Assembly: GCA_043763995.1 (NCBI GenBank)
Contig: JAYUKZ010000066.1
Span: 722 to 64,721, forward strand
DNA length: 64,000 nt
Source: Fibrella sp.
GTDB lineage: Bacteria > Bacteroidota > Bacteroidia > Cytophagales > Spirosomataceae
Reading direction: 5' to 3'
Part shown: one piece after another, positions 28,499 through 35,410 of the stretch
How positions within the stretch are numbered: the stretch's first letter is position 1
Layout of the letters: the number at the start of each line of letters is the position of its first letter
Made by a program: the position numbers and the translations under genes
The notes under the pieces: model-generated
The model's input: the letters and a program-made list of their open reading frames with translations, nothing else
Database searches by the model: none
Told to the model about the DNA's origin: nothing

Positions 28499-28543
28499 CA
28501 GAAAGTTAAAAAACCCCGCTGAGACGCTCTCAGCGGGGTTTTT
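28486..28543 (+). repeat. attL (tRNA 3' end plus terminator hairpin 28509-28543)
   Basis: ccgtcaatccccaca-gaaagtta-aaaaaccccgctgagacgctctcagcggggttttt. Confidence 0.9.
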
Positions 28544-28641
28544 GCTTTTTACTTATCAACTTACGTGCCTGTGGTCAACTTATGTAATAATAACGAAAAC
28601 GCTTGTTAGAATTAATTGTAAACAGAGCAGAGATTTTTAAG

Positions 28642-29895
28642 TCACTCCATCTGTTTGTTTTTCTCGTCTAAATCTTCAGAAGGTGTAAAATACTCTACTA
28701 TTTTTATAATGCCTAGAGTTGGTCCAAACATAGCGAAGCTAAAACATTTTAGTGGTATTTCAGCCCTGTATTTTGATTTGTAAATCTCTATTTCTTGTTC
28801 TAGTAGATTAGCATTCATTTCGACTAGATTGAATTTTAATTTATACAAATATATATGCCGTACAATTTTGGAGCTATTACCTAAATGTATATTACAAAGT
28901 GCCATAGTTGTATCCTCTTTTCTTGAAATTTCTTCTAAATATGAATCATAATATTTAAGATTGTTTTTAAATATTTGTTTGTTTCTGTCAAATTTTAAAG
29001 AATCCAATTTTTTTGTTAGAACTATTTTATTGTTCGCCATTTTAGTCATCAACTCTCCAGACATAGTAGCGTTTGATATGGCAACATCGAAGTAATCAAA
29101 ACATTTATTACTCTTTATCTTGTCAGACAAGTATACATAATTTCCGTCAGTTCTTTTGTCTAACTTATAATAAACTTTGTAACAAGGGACTTTTCTGTAT
29201 GAACTCTCATCTAGTAAATTATTTACATTATTCCATTCTTTGTAAGGCTCATCGGATTCAATAAGGTCATCCCATTTCTCCGAAAGAAAAGTGTCAAAGC
29301 TAAACAGCGAGTACACTATCACAATAGCAGATACAATCACGTTGTATGAAAACACAACAGACAAAAACCAAGTAAACATCTGCTTTAAATTATTAAACAA
29401 AAGATAACCAAAATAAATAATCCTATACACTGATAATAAGACTATCAATAAATTAGATAGAAAATACCATTCATATTCTTGAGTTTTTAGATAAATATAA
29501 TAAGGAAAAAAAGCAAATGGTGTTATAAACATTACTGTGCAAATAATAAAAAATATGTATCTCACGATAATTATTTTCAAATTAAAATTTTTCTTAAATA
29601 TCTTATTTGAAAAAATTACCGTGAAAATTATAGGAATTAAATCAATGGTAGTTTGAAAAAGCAAAATAATGTATAGCTTCTGTGCAATAGGCCTTATCTC
29701 AAGTCCAGTCAAGACATAAGTAAAACAAATGAAGAACACAGTATAGAAAGCCAATTGCTTCCACTGTTCGTCTTCATCTTTAATGAACATGTTATTATAA
29801 AACTTATTTTGGTCACTAAAATAGTCTGCTAACTCCTTGATGTAAGACCAAGAGTTGGCTCCGAAAATCTTCAAGAAACTCTGTAATTCTTCCAT
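28642..29895 (-). CDS. AT-rich cargo membrane protein of unknown function
   Basis: 417 aa uninterrupted ORF, strongly AT-rich; ~5-6 hydrophobic segments in residues ~45-200, charged C-terminal half. Confidence 0.75.
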   Translation of the reverse strand: MEELQSFLKIFGANSWSYIKELADYFSDQNKFYNNMFIKDEDEQWKQLAFYTVFFICFTYVLTGLEIRPIAQKLYIILLFQTTIDLIPIIFTVIFSNKIFKKNFNLKIIIVRYIFFIICTVMFITPFAFFPYYIYLKTQEYEWYFLSNLLIVLLSVYRIIYFGYLLFNNLKQMFTWFLSVVFSYNVIVSAIVIVYSLFSFDTFLSEKWDDLIESDEPYKEWNNVNNLLDESSYRKVPCYKVYYKLDKRTDGNYVYLSDKIKSNKCFDYFDVAISNATMSGELMTKMANNKIVLTKKLDSLKFDRNKQIFKNNLKYYDSYLEEISRKEDTTMALCNIHLGNSSKIVRHIYLYKLKFNLVEMNANLLEQEIEIYKSKYRAEIPLKCFSFAMFGPTLGIIKIVEYFTPSEDLDEKNKQME

Positions 29896-30031
29896 TCCGA
29901 GGTTACAAATGATGTGTGTTGATGCGCTGAAGAGGTAAAATTAGGTTAATTTTGGTAGTATATAGTATGCTATTTGGTAAAAAATTCAGTAAATTTACAG
30001 TACATCAAGCAGTAAATCAAACGGTAAAACC

Positions 30032-30430
30032 ATGATAATTCAATCTGTTTCTAACTGTACGGTATGTGGTAATGAGTTCCCGTACCGTAAAAGCAAACAG
30101 TTCTGTTCTAACGCTTGTAAGCAACAAGCATACCTTAAAAGTAAAGCGGGCATTCCCCTACAGGGTTCAAGCCGCAAGGAAATGCCCACTACTGACTTTA
30201 GCTTCACTGAATTTGCTCAATTCAGTGAAGAACATGGTAACTATCATTCTTTCCTGTTCTATTGTTTCTTACGGCGCAATCTGAGCAAGTTAGCGACAGT
30301 AGACACAATTTACCAGTACATCAATAGCTTCTTTATTGAAGATGATGCATATGAAAAGATTACAGGCTCAAAGGCGTATCAAACGTTTAGAGAGGAGTTC
30401 TTGAGCGCAAAATTCACAGTTGGCCCGTAG
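30032..30430 (+). CDS. Small protein with N-terminal CxxC...CSxxC zinc finger
   Basis: CTVCGNEFPYRKSKQFCSNACKQQAY; convergent with and overlapping the primase 3' end by 17 nt. Confidence 0.7.
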   Translation: MIIQSVSNCTVCGNEFPYRKSKQFCSNACKQQAYLKSKAGIPLQGSSRKEMPTTDFSFTEFAQFSEEHGNYHSFLFYCFLRRNLSKLATVDTIYQYINSFFIEDDAYEKITGSKAYQTFREEFLSAKFTVGP

Positions 30431-31292
30431 ATCGTTGGCAAAGCATTTCGTTGAAATCTTTGAATCCTTTGTAGATCGTTGAAAAGTCGATTACGGTAGA
30501 CGTTACCGACTTTATTGTTTCTTGCGCTCTGCGGCCTGTTTTATCCAGATCAAAGAACGTACTAACCCGGCTGTATCGCTTGATGTCGGGTAGTGCTTTG
30601 TCCAGATTCGATAATGAGTTTAGAACAATGACAGAAGCAGGGAACGTTTGCTTGTTGTAATATTCCAAAGCAGAGAGGTAATCAAAGAAGCCTTCAAAAA
30701 CTAGGAGCGTACCGGATTCATTAAATGAAAATGTAGAAATCGTTTTCGGGGCAAATGAGCCTTTAAAATATTGATTCCGTACTTCGTATCCACCGGCATC
30801 ATTTGGGAAGCCTACAGCGAAGTATTTCTTGTTGTTGGTCCGGTAATGAATCTCCCGCAAGTGCCGTGAATATACCTTGCGCGAAATACCCCGCTTTTCA
30901 ACGTATTGTATCAATGCTTGATGTTGGAGCGGTTTAACGTCATTGATGGTCACGCCCGAACTTTCGGCGGTTGGAGAGTAACCGCTAAAAGAAAAGGAAT
31001 TTTTTGGGTCATCTTTCAAAAACGGCTCAAGCTGAGTAACCGCCTCAAGGAATGTGCAGCCGGTTAGATGTTGTACCAGTGAAAGTACATCTCCCTTACC
31101 CTCTCCGCTCCAATCAAAGAAAACGTTCTTGTCAGGATTCACGGCCAATGAAGGGCTTTTTTCATTGGTCTTAGGTGAGCAATAGAAATACTGATTTCCG
31201 GCTCTGTAAGCGGGCATAATGCCCCGACTGGTCAGATAGTCAACAATGGGTATTTGTTTGACTTGTTGAATGATGTGGGCCTCTTTTTGCAC
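30414..31292 (-). CDS. Primase-like protein (degenerate CHC2-type N-domain plus toprim)
   Basis: IPIVDYL, SPKTNEKSPSLAV, FFDWS.GKGDV; toprim VFEGFFDYLS, VLNS, FFDLDKTG, FKDFNEML. Confidence 0.85.
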   Translation of the reverse strand: MQKEAHIIQQVKQIPIVDYLTSRGIMPAYRAGNQYFYCSPKTNEKSPSLAVNPDKNVFFDWSGEGKGDVLSLVQHLTGCTFLEAVTQLEPFLKDDPKNSFSFSGYSPTAESSGVTINDVKPLQHQALIQYVEKRGISRKVYSRHLREIHYRTNNKKYFAVGFPNDAGGYEVRNQYFKGSFAPKTISTFSFNESGTLLVFEGFFDYLSALEYYNKQTFPASVIVLNSLSNLDKALPDIKRYSRVSTFFDLDKTGRRAQETIKSVTSTVIDFSTIYKGFKDFNEMLCQRSTGQL

Positions 31293-31340
31293 GTCTTTTT
31301 TCTTTTAGCGGTATACCGTCTCCGACTCTCCCGCAAACAC

Positions 31341-31554
31341 CTTACTACGTTACTACTCTACTACGATTACAGCTAATTGACTGGTAATCAATCTATCTTC
31401 TGTAGTAGGGCATATACAGTGTAGTAGGGCTATTCGGGGAAATGTAGTAGGGTAAACCAGTTTGTAGTAAGTAAAAAAACCTAACCCTACTACGATTCAA
31501 CTAACTATAAATCAATGGCTTACAATTAATTGTAGTAATGTAGTAGGGTTAGGT
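31341..31554. promoter_or_regulatory. Candidate iteron replication origin of the element
   Basis: 10 GTAGTA hexamers (6 +, 4 -); TGTAGTAGGG at 31401, 31420, 31443, 31539; 15-bp perfect inverted repeat 31479-93 / 31540-54 around an AT-rich spacer. Confidence 0.7.
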
Positions 31555-31561
31555 CTGAAAC

Positions 31562-32818
31562 CTATTGGTTTATGGAACCGGTCAACGTCTGAGAAACCCA
31601 GTAGCCTTTAACCGGATAATCACCACCGGGCCGTCGGGCAGTTATCTGTTCATAGCCTAGCAAGACCAACGCTTTACCAATGTTGTTGTCATTGATTCTG
31701 ATCTTACCTTCTGTCAGAATGGTAAGCCGCCTTGTGATCTCCGTAGCCGTTAGGAACTCCGCTTTCGGATTGCTCTTTGCGTCCGACTTGCCAACCGGCA
31801 AAAAGTAGTGGTTTAGCAGGTCAATTTCCGCCGTAGTGCGTTGGTGTCGGCGGTTGTTGCCTTCTGACCGCTCCAATTCGTCGCGGGTCATTTCAAAGGC
31901 GTACCCATCTTGGAGCAAGGCGTAAGCTTGCGCCCACACCTTGTTAATATCGACATTGGCCCCGTAGCCATTGGCCCCGCCTAAATCGTGCTTGATGCCC
32001 TCTGTTTCAAACACCAACCAACGCACGTTACCCGTTACGTCGGTGAGAAATTCATTTTGGTTGGTGCTACCCAAAAAGCTTGCCCGCCGTTGTATTTGGG
32101 TTTCCCGTTCGGCATAGGGTCGCCGAATCTTGACCCGTTCCTCTGTCAGATAGGCTTTAAATTTATTGGTATCTGATTTTGACAGTGAGGACAGTTCATC
32201 AAGATTAATGAGGATGTTTTCACCCAGCGCGATACGTCCGTCTTTGTTTTCAAAGTCGATGTTCTCTTTGTAGTAGTCCCTCAAAGCGGGGGGACAGAGA
32301 AAGCGGAGAAACGACGTTTTACCGTCATTCTGCTTGCCATACAGCACGAAACATTGCTTGTTGAACTTTGCCCGTCCGATAGCGCAAGCAACGGTTCTAA
32401 CAAGCATTTTCCTGAACATGAGGCCGAACCACTGAGCATCCTGAACGATCACGTAAGAGGCCAACTCCGCTATGTAGTCCGGTTGGGTTTTGTCCCATTG
32501 TGGTAAGCCATCGAAGTACTCATTGAACGGGTCATATTCGGGGATGAAGTCAGACCGTAGCAGAGCCTTTTGTTGGTCTTTGAAACGGTTAAACCCCTTT
32601 TCGTATAACTCTCTGTTGATGTTGTTTTCGTTCAACTCCCGAAAGTCGGGTTCGTTGGTTGCCCTATACTGTAAGACGTTGGAAACCACGTCAAGACGGA
32701 ATTCATACCGGGGGGTAAGATATTCCTGTAGACGCACGATCATTGGAACCTGTTCGCTTTGAGCAGGTTTATTCTTATGTATATTTGTCATTGTCAATGC
32801 CTTAAATACTTGTTTCAA
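31562..32818 (-). CDS. VapE (virulence-associated E)-type P-loop ATPase / replicative helicase candidate
   Basis: Walker A GKQNDGKT, LINLDEL, RRPYAER, RRASFLGSTNQNEFLTD.TGNVRWL; start TTG 32818 or ATG 32791. Confidence 0.87.
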   Translation of the reverse strand: MKQVFKALTMTNIHKNKPAQSEQVPMIVRLQEYLTPRYEFRLDVVSNVLQYRATNEPDFRELNENNINRELYEKGFNRFKDQQKALLRSDFIPEYDPFNEYFDGLPQWDKTQPDYIAELASYVIVQDAQWFGLMFRKMLVRTVACAIGRAKFNKQCFVLYGKQNDGKTSFLRFLCPPALRDYYKENIDFENKDGRIALGENILINLDELSSLSKSDTNKFKAYLTEERVKIRRPYAERETQIQRRASFLGSTNQNEFLTDVTGNVRWLVFETEGIKHDLGGANGYGANVDINKVWAQAYALLQDGYAFEMTRDELERSEGNNRRHQRTTAEIDLLNHYFLPVGKSDAKSNPKAEFLTATEITRRLTILTEGKIRINDNNIGKALVLLGYEQITARRPGGDYPVKGYWVSQTLTGSINQ

Positions 32819-32847
32819 AATCGGTTTGCCGCCGTGACTGAGACTAT

Positions 32848-32887
32848 AAGCCCCCTCACTATTTGCCGTAGTAAGGGGGCTTTTTTG
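32848..32887 (+). terminator. Hairpin with plus-strand T run between integrase and vapE
   Basis: aagccccct...agggggctttttt. Confidence 0.55.
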
Positions 32888-32894
32888 ATGGGTT

Positions 32895-34124
32895 TTATGT
32901 CATGTTGAATTTGCGTTTAGCCAGATCATTCATTTCACGCACTACTGTTGTTTCCATTGTCACGGCGTAATGTTTGGCGGTGGTGGTGAAAGACGAATGA
33001 CCTAAGATGGATTGAAGGGCAACGGGCGTAACCCCGTTGTTCACAAAAAACGTAGCCGCCGATTTGCGGCCTACGTGTGTCGTTAGATGCTTGGAAATGC
33101 CACACATTCCCGCTATCTCCTTGAGATAGTTGTTCATCTTCTGATTCGATATGAGGGGTATTAATTTGCCGTATAGCTCGCAGTAACCCCACCCTTTGTA
33201 CTTCTCAATGAGGGCCAACGCGGGGGGTAAGAGCGGGATAATACAAGGTGCCTGGGTCTTCTGTCGCTTGATGCGTAAGCAGGTCATACCGTCAATAGTA
33301 GTCAGGCAATCTTTAGTGGCTTCGTGTAGGTCAGTGTAAGCCAGCCCCGTATAAATCTGGAACATGAACCCGTCTCTAACCAAGCTGAATGTATCGTTAT
33401 GGAAATGAAAAGCTCTTAGCTTCTCTATCTCCATTTCGTCCAAGTAAACGATGTTTACCCGGTTATGCTTTAACCGGACATTACGGAGCGGGCTACGGGC
33501 TATATGCTCCGAATCTTCTGCCAGATTAAGCACTCGCATAGCTATACGAACGACCTTGTTAGCGTAGCTCTGCGAGTAATTCTTACCCCTCATGTATGTC
33601 GTTACATCGGCCACAAAAACCGGCTTAATTTCGCCTAACCGCAGATTCCAGTTACCCGAATCTTTCAGATAATCCAACAACCGATAGTGGGCCGTAATCA
33701 CGGCTTTCAGGGTTTCTTTCGTCGTGACTTTACCCGTTTGTTCCCGGTAACGCTCAACCATTTGAGTAAGAAGCTCTCTAAACAGCGGTGTCTTTTCAGT
33801 GTAGCCCGCTTGCTTCATTACCATTTCTGAGAGTCGGTTTAGATCAACGGCTTCACCCGACAAGCTTACCTTACTGAACGCTTGCTCAAAGTTGGATTTA
33901 ATGCTTTGTAGCAACTGAGTAGCGGGTACGTTACCCACTACTGAGAACTCCTTTGTATTCAGTTCATCGGCCTTGCAATAGATGCCCGAATGAACGCCCT
34001 TAGATTGGCCGTTGAACTTGATTTCAAACATGATAGGAGCCAACCCTTGCGCGTTTTCGGCCTGTTTACGCCGCCAACAAATGACCCTAAAGGGCTTGAT
34101 TCGATTCGTTTTGGTAGTCGTCAT
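32895..34124 (-). CDS. Tyrosine recombinase/integrase (Bacteroidota Arm-SAM-catalytic type)
   Basis: FMFQIYTGLAYTDL, IKRQKT, NQKMNNYLKEIA, HLTTHVGRKSAAT, LGHSS..TT.KHYA. Confidence 0.95.
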   Translation of the reverse strand: MTTTKTNRIKPFRVICWRRKQAENAQGLAPIMFEIKFNGQSKGVHSGIYCKADELNTKEFSVVGNVPATQLLQSIKSNFEQAFSKVSLSGEAVDLNRLSEMVMKQAGYTEKTPLFRELLTQMVERYREQTGKVTTKETLKAVITAHYRLLDYLKDSGNWNLRLGEIKPVFVADVTTYMRGKNYSQSYANKVVRIAMRVLNLAEDSEHIARSPLRNVRLKHNRVNIVYLDEMEIEKLRAFHFHNDTFSLVRDGFMFQIYTGLAYTDLHEATKDCLTTIDGMTCLRIKRQKTQAPCIIPLLPPALALIEKYKGWGYCELYGKLIPLISNQKMNNYLKEIAGMCGISKHLTTHVGRKSAATFFVNNGVTPVALQSILGHSSFTTTAKHYAVTMETTVVREMNDLAKRKFNMT

Positions 34125-34174
34125 GTATAGGTATTGGTTTGGCCCCATATCGTATTAATATGGAGCTTGAGTTG

Positions 34175-34384
34175 TTAAATCAGTTCGTTTACAGGTACGT
34201 TGAAGACTTCTGCAAGTCTCTTGATTTCATCCGAGTTGGGTTTAAGCTTACCCACTCGTAGCATACCCCAACGTTTTTGGTTGATACCGGTACGGCTATA
34301 GAACCGTTCGTCGAACTTGACACTAAGGCCAATTTTTTCCTCAAATCCCTGAACGGCTAAACTAATAGGTGTCTTCATGTGCAT
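34175..34384 (-). CDS. Small Cro/excisionase-like HTH protein
   Basis: 69 aa with an HTH-like C-terminal half (TGINQKRWGMLRVGKLKPNSDEIKRLAEVFNVPVNELI); divergent from the XRE gene. Confidence 0.7.
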   Translation of the reverse strand: MHMKTPISLAVQGFEEKIGLSVKFDERFYSRTGINQKRWGMLRVGKLKPNSDEIKRLAEVFNVPVNELI

Positions 34385-34525
34385 TATTTTTGTCTGTAAG
34401 TGTGATATTGATGATGCAAAGATTGTTATTAATCACATAATGTGCAAATATTGATAACAATAGGGTCAAATTATTTCCTTTGCATCTCATTATCAATGCG
34501 TTACTTTGCAAAAAACTCACACTTG

Positions 34526-35020
34526 ATGTTAGAAATAGATGTATCCAAGCGTATTAAGACCATCCGGGAGCGGAATGGGCTAACGCAAACAGACGTAGCG
34601 GATAAACTTGGTATGGAACGTAGCAACTACAGCCGTTTAGAAAAGAGGGGTAACGATCTATCCATTAATCAACTACTTCAAATTGCTAATGCTCTGGATG
34701 TTAGGTTGATAGATATACTTTTTCCGCTAGAGATAGACGCAATCCGTAAGGGGGGAATGAATACTATAAAACTACAGGGAGTTGTCCAAGAGCTACAAAA
34801 GCGGAATGACTATTTAATTGAGAATCAAAGAAAGATGGAAGTGATAATGAGCTTTATGATGGAGTTTGCAAAAGGAGTAGAGGGGTTTGGTATCACTGAG
34901 GATGTTTTCAGAAGACAGCTTGACCCAGAAGGTAAGTTAGAGATATGGGCCAAGAGCAAAGCTGCCGATCTATTAAAGGAGCTTAACGATCCTGAGCAGG
35001 ATTCCGACAATGTAGATTAA
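34526..35020 (+). CDS. XRE-family HTH repressor
   Basis: IKTIRERNGLTQTDVADKLGMERSNYSRLEKRG..LSINQL.QIANALDV, then a coiled-coil-like C-terminus; alternative start at 34496. Confidence 0.88.
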   Translation: MLEIDVSKRIKTIRERNGLTQTDVADKLGMERSNYSRLEKRGNDLSINQLLQIANALDVRLIDILFPLEIDAIRKGGMNTIKLQGVVQELQKRNDYLIENQRKMEVIMSFMMEFAKGVEGFGITEDVFRRQLDPEGKLEIWAKSKAADLLKELNDPEQDSDNVD

Positions 35021-35196
35021 GTACTAGCTGACTTACGTAAGTCAGATTAGCTTACGCTTGATATTCAGCCGGTTACGTCGTAGTTCCTCTCTTTACATAT
35101 ATTGCGCTACAAATCTTACGTACCAATCAACTGACTTATTAATCAGTAAGGCTATTAACCTGTTCATTATTAGAGCGTTACAAATTCAGTTCGTTA

Positions 35197-35254
35197 CCGT
35201 CAATCCCCACAAAACGTTTAAAAACCCCGTTGAGACGCTCTCAGCGGGGTTTTT
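35197..35254 (+). repeat. attR
   Basis: ccgtcaatccccaca-aaacgttt-aaaaaccccgttgagacgctctcagcggggttttt. Confidence 0.9.
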
Positions 35255-35410
35255 TCATGCCCGTTTGGGCTGATACGTACCTGAGCAGTTCCAAACAATA
35301 CAGCCGTTCCAACCGCCCATTGGGCCATCCTCTCGTAACGGTAGTGCAGGTTAGGCCGTATCTTCGCGGCCCGGCAATGGCCGTATTTTATCTTTTCCGA
35401 TGATTCTCTT

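Larger units (their letters stand above)
28486..35254. mobile_element. Integrated element at tRNA-Val (integrase, VapE ATPase, toprim primase, XRE switch, cargo gene)
   Basis: 58-bp direct repeat with 4 mismatches (28486-28543 / 35197-35254) covering the tRNA 3' end and terminator; visibly lower GC; tyrosine integrase inside. Confidence 0.92.

Noticed and set aside
28486-35254. Complete prophage or conjugative element
   Set aside because: No capsid, terminase, tail, lysis, relaxase or T4SS genes are recognisable in 6.7 kb.
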